A stretch of 63,961 nucleotides of DNA from Octopus bimaculoides (GCF_001194135.2 NC_068990.1:36576707-36640667), one strand, 5' to 3'. Shown: positions 1 through 14,400, numbered from the stretch's first letter. The notes: generated by a model from the letters alone, not told the origin. Numbers and translations are program-made.

Positions 1-141
1 AGTACGATCGTTTCATGCAACTCCATTTAATTGAACAATACAATCATTACATCAATTTAAAATGCAGAGTAATCCTCAGTTGCACAACAACATAGAATTT
101 AATTAAATAAGAACAGATAGACACATTAGTATAATTATACC

Positions 142-173
<32 letters not shown>

Positions 174-231
174 ATATATTAGTATAATTGCACCTATATA
201 TATATAATATATCCTTATCATCATCATTGTT

Positions 232-410
232 GTTTAATGTCTGCCTTTCATACTGTCTTGGGTTGGAGGATTTGGCAGGAGTTGGCCAAGCAGGAGACAG
301 CACCAGACCTCTGTGTCTGTCTTGGCATGGTTTTTGTGGTAGGATACCCTTTGTAAGATCAACCACCAAGCAGAGTGGACTGGGTGCTTTTTACGTGGCA
401 TGAGCACTGA
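232..410 (-). mobile_element. Decayed SINE-tail repeat of the family seen at 61050-61310 and 63735-63961
   Basis: tttaatgtctgcctttcat...ggataccctttgtaagatcaacc...gggtgctttttacgtggca parallels tttaacgtccgctttccat...ggatgcccttcctaacgccaacc...gggtgcttttacgtgtca at 63735-63900. Confidence 0.55.
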
Positions 411-465
411 CAAAGTCAGTTTTGGCATGTGTATGTATACATGTACTTGTTTGTCTGCATGCGTG

Positions 466-504
<39 letters not shown>

Positions 505-2339
505 ATGTGTGTGTGTGTGTGTATGTGTGTGTACTTGTGTGAACGTGCCCTCTTAAAAGTAGTGTGTTCTACAGTGACATAATGCTGTTTTGGTGAATCC
601 AGAGTATATGTTTCTGCTTTCTATATTTGTTGTGAAACCTTTAGTTACATTTTGTTGTCTTGCTAAATACTTGTAGAGGAACACTGTCATGATTTTATCA
701 TCCTTTTAGCATTGTAACACAGTCCACAGAACCTATTTGAAGAGCAGCCTTTTCTACTATTCCTACATTACCATTGCATGAGAGAGAATGTCTACAACTT
801 CTGCTGTGGGCCAATAGAATCTGTTTACTTTGATGAATAACCAGTGAAAATTCTTGAATTTTAACAGTGTCCAAGAATTGTTTACTATTTTCCTGGAATG
901 GATTTGCAAACTTTTTATCTTATAATATAATTACTTGAAGTGATTGCATAGTATATCTGTTAATAGTGTTGAGTATTTGTGTTATTTCATCTAGTTAATA
1001 TGATGTATGAAAAATTTATATTTGAGCAATCTAAGGTCTCACAGTTCTGTATAAACTGAACTGAAAGTTAATTGATGTAACATCTGGCCACATATAATAA
1101 GGAAATACATACCACTGATGTCAGAATTCTTCTTCCTATGGCTTATGAATTCTGTGAATGTGAAAACTAAAGCTGATTTATAAGCTTGAATATAAAACCT
1201 AAAGCTAGTATTCTTTGCAATACTTAAAATTAAAAAGTTTTTGCAGTTCTGGAGTTGGATCAGAAAATATGTGGTAGACCAGCCTGTCCATTATCACAAA
1301 ACAATACCATCATCTTTTCATTACCACAACAATGCATGGAACTTAGGAATTGTTTTTAAATGGCATGATGTCCTTCCATCTAAGGATATCTTTGAATCAT
1401 ACTTTGAACATTTAGCTACCATCTTCCTAATACAATTCATTTCCATTATTATTATTATTGTGGTCTCTTATCTACAGCGTCTTATGTCTTTAGCAGACAC
1501 TATTTCTAATTGTGTTAAATTGTTGTTTTAATGTTTGCTTCTGACTTTCTAAGCAACAATGGCTGTCTCATTCACTTGTATATTGTATGAATATTGGTGT
1601 ACTGACGATGCACTGTAACAGTTTTGTGCTTGTAAATACATTTTAAAAAAATGAATAAAATGGATTTGTGGAAAATGAAGGAAAGCTTTGTATCAGAGTT
1701 CAGAATTGGAGTTTATTGAACTGCATATTCAGAATGAAACCTATGATAAAGGAATCTGTATTTGTGTAATGTGTAAACAGCCATTTTTAAAAGAAATTGA
1801 AGGGAGACTTAAAATAAATAAGTATAAATAAGGTAGTAATGTGGAAGAATCCTTAGAGTGTGGTATTTATCTCAGCCGTTTACATTCTGAGTTCAAGAGT
1901 TTGAATCTCACTGAAGTCAAAATATAAAGGAACAGTTACGGTTTCATGTTTAAGAAGCTTGCTTTCTAACTATATATTTTCATGCTCAGCCCTCCCTGTT
2001 ATTTGGGCAAATGTAACTGGAAACTGTAAGTCATAAGCTAAGAGCAGTATTGCTGATGTCACTTCTGTCAACAAATTATTCACTCATATCATACCTTTGA
2101 AGACATGTGAAATAAGAGATCTCTTGTATGAAAACATATAAGGGTTAACAACAGGAAGGGAATCAAATTGCAAAACAATTCCTCAAAAATATATTCATCT
2201 ACCATATTGCTGCCATCATCTCCCAAAGGCCTTCTGTTAGAATGAATCAAGAACAACTTTAAAGTCAAAGCAGTTAACAAGTAAGAACGCTTAATATTTT
2301 TACAGTTTCATAGTTATCTATTTGACCATAGGGTACGTC

Positions 2340-2630
2340 TGCCAGGTTTAATATCTATCAAGAAGCTTTCTTTTGAACACTTTTATTGGTATTGATGAGA
2401 GAGAAACCACTCTGCTGTTGATAGGTATTTTCTACTAGCCATTCTATATACACTGGTATTGTCAATATACAGGCCCAGTTTTTTTGTACCGTTTCTGTTT
2501 TCCATAACATATTAAATATTACGGGCAGCATATTAGCTATGTATTTTCCTCCTGCTTTTTGTATTTCAACACTAATAACATCTATACCAGGTATTTTATG
2601 GGTTTTTATCTTTATACTGTGATTTCTGTT
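2340..2630 (-). mobile_element. Decayed non-LTR retrotransposon (RTE-like LINE) fragment, N-terminal part of RT
   Basis: Manual minus-strand translation KTHKIPGIDVISVEIQKAGGKYIANMLPVIFNMLWKTETVQKNWACILTIPVY...GFSLINT matches the LINE pattern KxxKAPGxDxIxxExxKxGG...FNxxWxxExVPxxW...IPI...YRGISL; frame disrupted. Confidence 0.8.
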
Positions 2631-2989
2631 TAATTTGCTATTTCTGCATGAGTATCAACATGCAATGGGTCACCCAGAAGTTTTTAATATTGCTTTCAAA
2701 ATTGTATAGGAATATACAAGTGTGTGTGTGTGTGTGTAACAAAGAGAGAAAGGGATTAAAAATCCCAGCAAATACTTTATAAGCACTCTGAAAAGATGAA
2801 ACGTAACTAACTAAATTGTCCATTGATAGTCATTGTAATCCATTGCTATTAAACAGACATACGGTTTATTTTGCTTATTCAAATACTAGAATCTTGACTA
2901 AAATTATAACAGTTCATAATGTAAGAAACTTACGAAAATTTGTTGAAATGGATTTAGGCAATCCACTTAATAATAGGAATAAGGATGGT

Positions 2990-3200
2990 AGTAACAATAA
3001 CAATGGTATTTATAATAATTATAATAATAATAATAATTATAATAATAATAATAATTATAATAATAATAATAATGATGATGATGATGATGATGATGAGGAG
3101 GAGGAGGAGGAGGAGGAGGAGGATAATAATAATAATAATAATATTAATAACAATAATGTTAACAGTAATGATAACAATGATAATATGAATAATGGTAATA
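2990..3200. repeat. Compound trinucleotide array (AAT)n-(GAT)n-(GAG)n-(AAT)n
   Basis: Directly visible; produces the poly-N/D/E and poly-I/L ORFs in the track. Confidence 0.95.
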
Positions 3201-4378
3201 AGAAACAACCAAGACAAATTTTCAGATGAAAATCTCTCAATAATAAGTTTTAAAGTTATGCAATTGTAAATATTATCCTATATGTCCATTAGATAACCAA
3301 AGCCTCAAGAAAAACATAGTTTATAAATGTTCAGCAATAACAGGAGAGCATATTTACTATTAAATAGATGCTTGTACAGCTAATTTGAAGTCAAGATTAT
3401 ATAATTGCGTTTTTACATTTAAATATAGGAAGACATTAGACTTCACATCTTTAAGCAAATATATCTCTAGTCTCAAAAAGTGTGTTAGATATTATTAAAT
3501 GGTTATAAGTTTTGCACTACTGTATAATGAAGGGAATCTAAAATACAACTTATGCATCAAGGGGATGCGGCATCTCCTTACATCCATATCTAGCATTCTT
3601 CTTCTTCTTCTTCTTCTTCTTTGTATTATCATTATTATCATTGTTGTTAATTTTTGTTTTTGTTATTATGTAGTTCTTATAGTTATTATTATTATTTTAA
3701 ATTCTGTAAATAATTTATTGATTTTTTTTCATTATTTCTGATATAATTTACTTTTTTTTTACTTTCGTCCTCTTACTTTATCCTAAACATAAAACTGTCA
3801 TTTTACTTTTAAAGAATTTGGTCTTTTACAGAAAACAAATTTTTCAAATAGAATATCAACCTTAGTAAATCATTTATTGGTTATTTTTATTTACAATTTT
3901 CCTTTACTCAACTTCTCTTCTACTCATAGTAAATATTTAGAATTAATAATGATAAAATGACATCTCTGTAATCTTAATAATCATCTACTTAGCAACCTGG
4001 CTCTATATACTTCCGCTGTGTATTTCAGTTGGTCAGTAATAGCTTAAATAGGACAGAAATTTTGCCATAAAGATTCTTCACACTGATGGGTAGGATGAAG
4101 GAAAGTACATACCAGATTAAAATTCTAGCATGAAGTGATAAAATATTGCTAGTTTTACAACTCTCTGTCTCCCTAAAAATGTTCCAAGCAGTGCTGTATG
4201 GCTTTCATAAGGATAGGCTGGTGATAACATTCCCTATCTCTGTAGAATCTTATTCAATGAAGTGATATACTTGTTTACAGCATCACAGAATTATAGAATG
4301 CTAATCTATTTGAAATGCATGTAAGCAGGTTAAAGAATGTATAATTCTCCACTCTTTCGTGTTTAAATATATATATAT

Positions 4379-4818
4379 NNNNNNNNNNNNNNNNNNNNNN
4401 NNNNNNNNNNNNNNNNNNNNNNNNNNNNNNNNNNNNNNNNNNNNNNNNNNNNNNNNNNNNNNNNNNNNNNNNNNNNNNNNNNNNNNNNNNNNNNNNNNNN
4501 NNNNNNNNNNNNNNNNNNNNNNNNNNNNNNNNNNNNNNNNNNNNNNNNNNNNNNNNNNNNNNNNNNNNNNNNNNNNNNNNNNNNNNNNNNNNNNNNNNNN
4601 NNNNNNNNNNNNNNNNNNNNNNNNNNNNNNNNNNNNNNNNNNNNNNNNNNNNNNNNNNNNNNNNNNNNNNNNNNNNNNNNNNNNNNNNNNNNNNNNNNNN
4701 NNNNNNNNNNNNNNNNNNNNNNNNNNNNNNNNNNNNNNNNNNNNNNNNNNNNNNNNNNNNNNNNNNNNNNNNNNNNNNNNNNNNNNNNNNNNNNNNNNNN
4801 NNNNNNNNNNNNNNNNNN
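4379..4818. other. Assembly gap (N-run); other long gaps at 7961-8291, 10219-10803, 11936-12554, 15502-16142, 54027-54183, 62589-62994
   Basis: Runs of n, mostly bordered by (TA)n or (GA)n tracts. Confidence 0.99.
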
Positions 4819-4868
<50 letters not shown>

Positions 4869-4964
4869 ATACAAAGATTATTATATATATATACTTACAT
4901 GCATACACATGAACGTAATGGTACACACCCTTATTTTCTACACAAACAAACACAGGATAAATAG

Positions 4965-5134
4965 GTATAGGAGTGGCTGTGTGGTAAGTAGCTTGCTTAC
5001 GAACCACGTGGTTCCAGGTTCAGTCCCACTGCATGGCACCTTGGGCAAGTGTCTTCTACTATAGCCACGGGCCAACCAAAGCCTTGTGAGTGAATTTGGT
5101 AGATGGAAACTGAAAGAAGCCCGTCGTATATATG

Positions 5135-5178
<44 letters not shown>

Positions 5179-5405
5179 CATGTGTATATGTTTGTGTGTC
5201 TGTGTTTGTCCCCCACAACATCGCTTGACAACCAATGTTAGTGTTTACATCTCTGTAACTTAGCAGTTCAGCAAAGGAGACTGATAGAATAAGTACTAGG
5301 CTTACAAAGACTAAGTCCTGGGGTCGATTTGCTCAACTAAAGGTGGTGCTGTAGCATGGCCGCAGTCAGATGACTGAAACAAGTAAAAGAGAGTAAAAGA
5401 GTAAG
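4965..5405 (+). mobile_element. tRNA-derived SINE, family A (head, conserved core, internal microsatellite, 3' half)
   Basis: Head ggagtggctgtgtggtaag, B-box-like ggttcagtccc, core gccttgtgagtgaatttggtagatggaaactgaaagaagcccgtcg, (TA)n/(TG)n, tail gcatggccgcagtcagatgactgaaacaagtaaaaga; more than 12 copies in the window. Confidence 0.9.
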
Positions 5406-5419
5406 AGTACATATCTAAC

Positions 5420-6972
5420 TAAAAGATTGTATAAATTTGGTACATTAAGAATGTATGAATCTATGTGCAGGCATAATTATACATGTATTTATGTGTTCCA
5501 ATGTATGTGATTGATATGTTTGTACAAGGCCATATATGTCCATATATGGTTTGCTCCTATAGTCCATTTGTGGCCAGCACATATTGAAACAGTTATTGAA
5601 CGTGTGTATGTATTTTACTGTAAAGGTTTTTATGTATGAGTTTGATTCAGTGTTGTTATGTGTGTGCATATGAATAAGTGCATGTTTGCATGTTTGAATC
5701 TGTATTTATGTAATAGTACATGTGTTTATTATGAGTGAATGTATGCATGAGTTTGTATATGCATGAGGCTTATGTATGTATAAGTGAGTGTAAATATGAA
5801 TGTGTTGGCATGCATGTTTATAAGACTTTTGTGTACATATATGCATGGTTGTGAGTATATGTGTGCATATGTATATGTATATAAATGGTGCATAATTATA
5901 TAGATAAATATGTGTATATGTATGAGTTTATGTGTATGTGTGGTTGCATGTGTGATTTTATACATGCATTCTTGTCCACAAACTCCTGTGTATGTATACA
6001 TTGAAGGCCATTATTTAAAAGCCATTGCAGCTGGTCATTGGATGGAATTTTCTCAGAAAATGGAAAGAAATACAAAGATGAATGCAAAGATGAAGAGGAA
6101 GAAGGAAAAAAACATATAGAAAAATAAAAATAGAGAAAATAGAGAAAAAGCCATAAAAGAGAAGAAAAGAAGCATAAAAAAAGAGAAAGAAAATATAAAA
6201 AAAATATATGGCACCACCCTGCTCTCACATAAAGGTAGAGAAGAAGACAGAGAGAGATGAATGGAGAGATAAAGAAAATGAATGAAAGTGAAAGTGAAAG
6301 TGAAATAGGGAAAGGGAGAGAAGAGAGAGAGAGGAGAGAGAGAGAGGAGAGGGGTGGTAAGGGAGTAAGTGGAAGGTAAATTTAGGGTCTGGAAGAAAGT
6401 AAACATAGAAATCAAAGAAAGATGAAAATTAATGCCTTCTCATATTTTGTTTAGATTTCAGGATAAAATTAGGGTCACAGAGGTCATTTGGCCAAAGAAG
6501 GGGTTTTGAGTGTTGGTTCTATAGAAATGTCTTCTTGTCTCTTGCTTAGCGACTGAGTCATTACTAGTCACAATTTACATATCACTCATTCAGCTTTTCT
6601 CATTTCACTTTTTGTCTTCATCTTTTGGTTTCTTCCTATAGATTTGTTGTTTTAGTTTTCCCCCAGTTTTTGTTGTTGTTGTTGTTGTTTTTAGGTTTTT
6701 CCAGTGATTCTTGTTTTTGTTGTTGTTTTACTATTTCCAGCCCCCTTTTGTTGTTGTTTTACTGTTTCCAGCCCCTTCTTCTTGTAGATATTTTCTTATT
6801 GCTTCTGTTGATGTAGATTTGGTATATTGCTTCATGATGCATGTATGTGCATGCGTATCTATGTGAATGTATATATATATGTATATTAAAATGTATGCAT
6901 AAATGTGTATCTATATAAAATAAAAGTTTGTGTATGTATTGTATATTGTATACATGACTGTGTCCATCTATC

Positions 6973-7050
<78 letters not shown>

Positions 7051-8330
7051 AATACATATGTATGTATATCCATATATGCATACATATATATAAATTCACA
7101 TATGTATATATATATATACATATATATACAAATATATATATATACACATACTTATATGTATGTGTGTATGTATACATATATATATATATATATATATGTA
7201 AGTGTGTATACATATATATATGTATATACTTACATAGATGTAAGNNNNNNNNNNTATACATATATATATGTATATACTTACATAGATGTAAGTAATGTGT
7301 GTATATATGTATATGCACATTTATGTATGTATATTTATGCATATATGTAATTATGTATGCATGTGTGTGTATATCATTGTAGTTCATCTAATACTTCAGT
7401 TTACCTTCTTTTGCTGCATCTGTTGTTGTTCTTGTAGGTTTGTCATTTTCATTATAGTTCACTCCGCATATTTTTTTGTATATAAACTTGGTGTATTGAT
7501 TGGTGTAAATGTACGTTTGTGTGTGTGTGTGTGCTTGTATATGTATATATATGTATCTATATGTATCTATATGTATGTCAATGTATGTGCCAAATTAATT
7601 CTATGAGTATGCAAATATGTATGTATATACTTATATGCGTGTATGCATGTGAATGTGAATACATGTTAATATGTGTGTGCGTGTGTGTGTCTGTATGTAT
7701 GTGCATGAGAGAAAGTATATATCTATGTGTAAGTATGCATGTATATGCATCTCTATATATGAAATGTATGTATGAATATATCTATATGTATATTAAAGTG
7801 TGTATGTGTACGTATATGTATACATGTATCTGAATATATGTAAGTGTCTGTATGCACGTATATGTATGTGAATTATGTGAATTTGGATATGTATGCATAT
7901 GACTATGTATATGAATATATAAATGTGTGCAAGGTTGTACTGTGTTACATGTATGTAAATNNNNNNNNNNNNNNNNNNNNNNNNNNNNNNNNNNNNNNNN
8001 NNNNNNNNNNNNNNNNNNNNNNNNNNNNNNNNNNNNNNNNNNNNNNNNNNNNNNNNNNNNNNNNNNNNNNNNNNNNNNNNNNNNNNNNNNNNNNNNNNNN
8101 NNNNNNNNNNNNNNNNNNNNNNNNNNNNNNNNNNNNNNNNNNNNNNNNNNNNNNNNNNNNNNNNNNNNNNNNNNNNNNNNNNNNNNNNNNNNNNNNNNNN
8201 NNNNNNNNNNNNNNNNNNNNNNNNNNNNNNNNNNNNNNNNNNNNNNNNNNNNNNNNNNNNNNNNNNNNNNNNNNNNNNNNNNNNNNNNNNNGTATGTACA
8301 TATTCATGTGCATATGTGTGTGTAATAGTT
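5420..8330. repeat. Low-complexity block of degenerate (TA/TG/CA)n with a purine-rich stretch near 6050-6420 and (GTT)n near 6660-6760
   Basis: Directly visible; ORFs here are Y/I/C/V/H/T dipeptide repeats. Confidence 0.85.
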
Positions 8331-10187
8331 CTGCCTTGAAATCGGTTGCTGTACAAAAATGACAGTGGTTGCAGTGGTGGTAGTGGTGGTGGTTGTATTG
8401 TTATTTATGGTGTTATTATAGTAGTTCTCTTCTCACACATTTTGTTGCTGTTGTTGATGGTGTTGATTTTTTTATAGGTTTTTCTTGTGTTTTGAAAGTG
8501 TTCGTTTTCTTGTTCTATATTTTTTGTTGTTTTATATATCTTAACAAATTCTAGTTTACTTACACCATATTTCTTTTGCTTTCCTTTACCTGGTGTTGTC
8601 CTTGTGGTTCATATTTTCAAACATGTAATAAAATATGTGTGTGTGTGTGTATGTGTGAGAGAGAGTTTTACATCTGTTCTTCTATGCCAGCATGGGTTAA
8701 ACAAGTATATTACTTAGCCATTGTTTTACAACCTGATGTTCTTCCAGTAGCTAATCTTTACCTCCTTTTTTTTTCAGTAAGGAATCTCTTATTCTATAAA
8801 CTGTTGAGAATGCAAGACCAGTGGGTGATTTGTTGACAAGGGAAATATTAACAACATCACCATTACTAGTTAACTGAACTTTTGGGAAATCATACTTGCA
8901 AGCACAGACATACACATGCACACACACACACATGCATATGCATCTATACATGTTTGTGTGTATGGGTGGGCATGTAAAATTAAGCTAAAATGTTTCTTGA
9001 GAAAGCCAGAGATTGTGACAGTAAAGGCGTATAGCTAAAAGACAATCACTTGAAAGGTGATGTTCTTGATGAAAGAGATGCTGAGTACACTCGCTGGAAG
9101 AAAATGTCTGAAGCTAAATCTACTAGGCTGAAGAACAAGAAGATTAGAAAAATAGGTGGCAGAAAGACATTAGACAAAGGCATGTAAAATCTGGTAGCAA
9201 TGGTAAGGAATCAACTGCAAAAGTTATTAAAATTGAATTCTAATTAGAAATTGAACATTTTTTATATGTCCTAATTCTTTTATTAAGCCCTCTTGAGGAT
9301 CTACCATCTGCAAATGATCATGCAGATGATTCCTTCTTTGATAGGCATTTTTCTAATTACTTAACCTATTAGCATTCAGATTACTCTATCAATTGTAATG
9401 TTTATTCTCATTGTTTTGAATGTTTTCAAGGAGATTCAGCATCACACAGAGTGGGACAAGGCTAGCCCTTTGAAATACAGGTATGATAACCAGCAAAGAA
9501 TACGAAAATATGGAATGCAAAATACAAATACATGGAATATGAACTTTTTATGTGAACAGCAAAGGAAACAAATGAAAACAAAGACACACAACATAAAGAA
9601 CGTCCCTTCATCAATTGTCGGCGGTTTTTCTGATCCGTATTTTGAGCATTTCATGACAAGATACGCCTTCAATAAAACAGTTGTTCCCACAAAGCAAATT
9701 AAATAAAATTTGAAATTTTGCAGAGGGTCAAAATTGGTAACAAAAACATGCATGTATATATGAGTGTGTGTATATATATATGTCATATATATATATATAT
9801 ATGTGCATATGTGTGTGTGTGTGTGTGAGAGAGATGTCATTTAGTTAAAATGGCTTATTGATGCGTTTTGTTTCTCCTTTTTCCATGACTAGATGATTAC
9901 ATTGTTTTACATCATTTTATTCCCTCAGGAATAATACCAATTTTTTCTTCAGAATATATGTCGGAAATATAAAGATTTAAGTAACACCTGCATTTAATTC
10001 CATTTCATAATTTATCTATGTTATACAAAAACATTTCACTAAACCCTAGAAGTTCTACCTTTATAAGTAGGCTGTAATATCCTTGGCACTTATGTTAATT
10101 TTTGCTACCCTGGTAACTATTTATTATTTTCTTTTCCGTGTTATTTGTACACATTGAAAAAACTATACGTACATTTATATATATATA

Positions 10188-10218
<31 letters not shown>

Positions 10219-10803
10219 NNNNNNNNNNNNNNNNNNNNNNNNNNNNNNNNNNNNNNNNNNNNNNNNNNNNNNNNNNNNNNNNNNNNNNNNNNNNNNNNNN
10301 NNNNNNNNNNNNNNNNNNNNNNNNNNNNNNNNNNNNNNNNNNNNNNNNNNNNNNNNNNNNNNNNNNNNNNNNNNNNNNNNNNNNNNNNNNNNNNNNNNNN
10401 NNNNNNNNNNNNNNNNNNNNNNNNNNNNNNNNNNNNNNNNNNNNNNNNNNNNNNNNNNNNNNNNNNNNNNNNNNNNNNNNNNNNNNNNNNNNNNNNNNNN
10501 NNNNNNNNNNNNNNNNNNNNNNNNNNNNNNNNNNNNNNNNNNNNNNNNNNNNNNNNNNNNNNNNNNNNNNNNNNNNNNNNNNNNNNNNNNNNNNNNNNNN
10601 NNNNNNNNNNNNNNNNNNNNNNNNNNNNNNNNNNNNNNNNNNNNNNNNNNNNNNNNNNNNNNNNNNNNNNNNNNNNNNNNNNNNNNNNNNNNNNNNNNNN
10701 NNNNNNNNNNNNNNNNNNNNNNNNNNNNNNNNNNNNNNNNNNNNNNNNNNNNNNNNNNNNNNNNNNNNNNNNNNNNNNNNNNNNNNNNNNNNNNNNNNNN
10801 NNN

Positions 10804-11170
10804 AGTCCCACTGCGTGGCACCGTCGGCAAGTGTCATCTACTATAGCCTCGGGCCGACCAAGGCCTTGTGAGTGGATTTGGTAGACAGAAACTGAAAGAA
10901 GTCCATCGTATACACATACACACACACACACACGTGTGTGTGTGTGTGTGTGTGTTTGCATATGTTTGTGTGTGTATTTGTCCCCCACCATTGCTTGACA
11001 ACTGATGCTGGTGTGTTTATGTCCCTGTAACTTAGTGGTTCGGCAAAAAGAATCCGATAGAATAAGTACTAGGCTTACAAAGAATAAGTCCTTGGGTTGA
11101 TTTGCTTGACTAAAGGCAGTGCTCCAGCAGGGCCACAGTCAAATGACTGAAACAAGTATAAGAATAAAAA
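10804..11170 (+). mobile_element. SINE family A copy, 5' end lost in gap
   Basis: agtcccactgcgtggcacc...gccttgtgagtggatttggtagacag...(CA)n(TG)n...gtcaaatgactgaaacaagta. Confidence 0.9.
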
Positions 11171-11469
11171 AAAAAGAATATATATATATATATTATTCCT
11201 TAACAAGAATAGTGTTGACAGTAACTTCAAAGTTTTGGCCTGCTTAACTTCTGTTGGAAAAGAGACAAATTTAGGATAAGCAGGCTGCAACTTTAGAGTC
11301 ATTGTCAACACTATTCTTGTAAAAGAATATATGAATACCCCAGAGAAAGTATTGAGTACTTCAGCAGTTTGATGTAAAACTGTTTTATTATAACTCAGCA
11401 TAAAAACAAACGTTATCATATAGAAGTATGTGTGGGTGTGTATGTATGTATGTATGCAAGTATATGTGT

Positions 11470-11750
11470 GAAGGTGCATGGCTTAGTGGTTAAAATGTTA
11501 CAATCACAACTGCGAGATCGTGGGTTCAACTCCCAGACTAGGTGTTGCATTGTGTTCTTGAGCAAAGCACTTCATTTCACATTGCTCTGCATTCATTTTC
11601 ACATCTGACATGTGGCACTCATTGCACCTGTACAGGTAATGTCGATCTGATGGAAGAAGTGACCTAATGTCTACACAAACATTTGATCACTATAAACAAA
11701 TCGTCTGTGTCATTGTTTGGTAAGAAAATGGTGAATCCTCATACAACATG
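11470..11750 (+). mobile_element. tRNA-derived SINE, family C copy
   Basis: Head gaaggtgcatggcttagtggtta...gggttcaactcccagact (A-box and B-box-like); body similar to 37998-38305 and to the reverse complement of 32010-32395. Confidence 0.7.
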
Positions 11751-11935
11751 GCCTTGGGTAAAAGAAAATACAGGAGGATCAGTTAATTATGATTTTATTC
11801 AACATATTCCCCCCTCAGATTCATGCACTTATAGCAGTAGTCTTTCAGTTTTTCTTAGCCCTGTAAAAGAACTTGGAAGGTTGGACTTCGAACCAAGCAT
11901 TTTTGATATGCTTACAACCAGGAACTCTTCAGCAC
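11750..11935. mobile_element. Mariner-type non-autonomous DNA transposon fragment
   Basis: gggtaaaagaaaatacaggaggatcagttaattatgattttattc shared with 23026-23161; ends ccaggaactcttcagcac, the reverse complement of the TIR-like gtgctgaaaagttcctgg at 23033. Confidence 0.65.
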
Positions 11936-12554
11936 NNNNNNNNNNNNNNNNNNNNNNNNNNNNNNNNNNNNNNNNNNNNNNNNNNNNNNNNNNNNNNNNN
12001 NNNNNNNNNNNNNNNNNNNNNNNNNNNNNNNNNNNNNNNNNNNNNNNNNNNNNNNNNNNNNNNNNNNNNNNNNNNNNNNNNNNNNNNNNNNNNNNNNNNN
12101 NNNNNNNNNNNNNNNNNNNNNNNNNNNNNNNNNNNNNNNNNNNNNNNNNNNNNNNNNNNNNNNNNNNNNNNNNNNNNNNNNNNNNNNNNNNNNNNNNNNN
12201 NNNNNNNNNNNNNNNNNNNNNNNNNNNNNNNNNNNNNNNNNNNNNNNNNNNNNNNNNNNNNNNNNNNNNNNNNNNNNNNNNNNNNNNNNNNNNNNNNNNN
12301 NNNNNNNNNNNNNNNNNNNNNNNNNNNNNNNNNNNNNNNNNNNNNNNNNNNNNNNNNNNNNNNNNNNNNNNNNNNNNNNNNNNNNNNNNNNNNNNNNNNN
12401 NNNNNNNNNNNNNNNNNNNNNNNNNNNNNNNNNNNNNNNNNNNNNNNNNNNNNNNNNNNNNNNNNNNNNNNNNNNNNNNNNNNNNNNNNNNNNNNNNNNN
12501 NNNNNNNNNNNNNNNNNNNNNNNNNNNNNNNNNNNNNNNNNNNNNNNNNNNNNN

Positions 12555-12647
<93 letters not shown>

Positions 12648-14055
12648 GAAAAAAGAAGGAGAAAAAGGAAGAGAAGAGGATTATATGCAAAGATAATTTA
12701 CTAGAAAAACCTGTGTAGAATTCTGAAGAGACTAGAAGAGACAGTCTTCATTATGTTCGTGTTAGGATGTTACGGAGTGTGTGTGTGTGTGTGTGTTCAA
12801 ATATCTTTGTACTTATATCTCTCTGCTTTTCGTTCTTTCTCTCTTTCTTTCAACACACACACACACACACACACACAAACAAAAAGTGAGAGCTAACACC
12901 CACAGACATTTATGTGTGTAGATTAGAAAGAGGTAAATCATTTAAAAGGTTCGTTTGTGTAGGTTTATGTGACTGTCAATCTATCAACTATCTATGTATA
13001 TTAAACAAACTTTTTTACATGTATGTGTGCGTGTATGTGTGAGTGTATATGTGTACGTGTATGTATGTGTATATGCATATGTATGTATATATTTGTATAT
13101 ATATATATATACACACATACACACACATACATTCATATATATATATACATACATATATACACACACTTATGTGTGTGTGTAAAAGCAAAGTTGCTGAAAA
13201 TGATGTAGATTTTAGAGATAATAATAATAATGATGAAGATGATGATATTTATGATTATGATGAGGGAGAGGAGGAGGTTTTATATTATTTGCCAGAATGG
13301 CAACAAATAAAGGGACACTGCAAATTACAAGAATGGTATGGATTTTGCTGTATCAATTATGAAAATACTGGTGCAGAAGCCAATAGGATGGCATGAGACA
13401 TTCCGATAGAGACAGAAAATACCACCTAGGGCCCTCTCAAGGGCGCCTGCAGATCTAGTATTAACCTGATCACGAAAGAGAGTATTCTCAACCAGCTGTC
13501 TTCAGTGGCATAGTGATGCCTTCTGAGAATGATCTCATTTGTGAAGGGCTATTCTTGCCAATCTCACCTATCTTTGAGCAAGTTCACTGAAGAGTGGCAT
13601 CTCTCTCATCATTTTTATATTCTTTTCCAAGTGGAACTTGAAAAAGATGATATATATTCCAAAGAGAGATATGTCTATCTTTGGTCCTTTCATTCTTGTC
13701 CACCATATACCCACTCTTTCAAAGCTACCAGACAAAAAGAAAAATTCCCTGCTCCTCTTGGCCAAAAGAAGGTGATACAGTGATTCACACAATGGGCTTG
13801 ACTGATAATCAGATTTGTCAATGTAGCAACTGTCATCCAGAATAAATGCCAACATTGTTGTTTAGAGAATGAATGAGTGCATACAAGTCAGGTTTATCAT
13901 TTTGTGCACTCCTTGGACAAGCCCAAAAGACTATACTTTTGTTCTCTGTGGGTTTTACCCTAATCCATTATCACTGCAATACCTAGTGTTTCTGAAATTG
14001 ACTTAAGTTCTCATGTTGAAAGCTCTCCAAAATATCTAGTATGGTCCTTCTATCA

Positions 14056-14400
14056 CAGTGGTTCCCAACCAGGCTCAATATGGCCCCTGAGGGTCCATAT
14101 CAGATTTTGGGGGGTCCACACATCAAAATAGTAAATAGAGGATCCACAATAATATTTTAAGGGCCCCTGAAAAAAATTTTGCTTTAGACATAGAATTTTG
14201 TATGTATTGCAAGAAATACCTAGATTTCATTCTCTAACATTTTACAAAGTTCAAAGTACACAAGTTAATGCGGGGAAAAACATTAATAAATAATATTCTA
14301 TAAAATTAGTTTTTAAGCATCAAATGATTATGGGGATCTACCAGAATAAAATAGTATTCAAAGGGGGTCCATAGATAAAAAAAAAGGTTGAGAACCCCTG
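14056..14400. mobile_element. hAT-type MITE, 345 bp
   Basis: Termini CAGTGGTTCCCAACC and GGTTGAGAACCCCTG form a 15-bp imperfect TIR; flanking 8-mers ttctatca and ctttaaca match 5/8 (decayed 8-bp TSD, as expected for hAT). Confidence 0.75.

Noticed and set aside
9570-9750. Repeat with ttgatgaaggg on the minus strand, reminiscent of PLE-type ends
   Set aside because: The core is not CUGANGA and I cannot assemble stems I-III; family unassigned.
13529-13855. Overlapping plus and minus ORFs in non-repetitive sequence
   Set aside because: No recognisable motif, no convincing splice-site pair, and lengths expected by chance.
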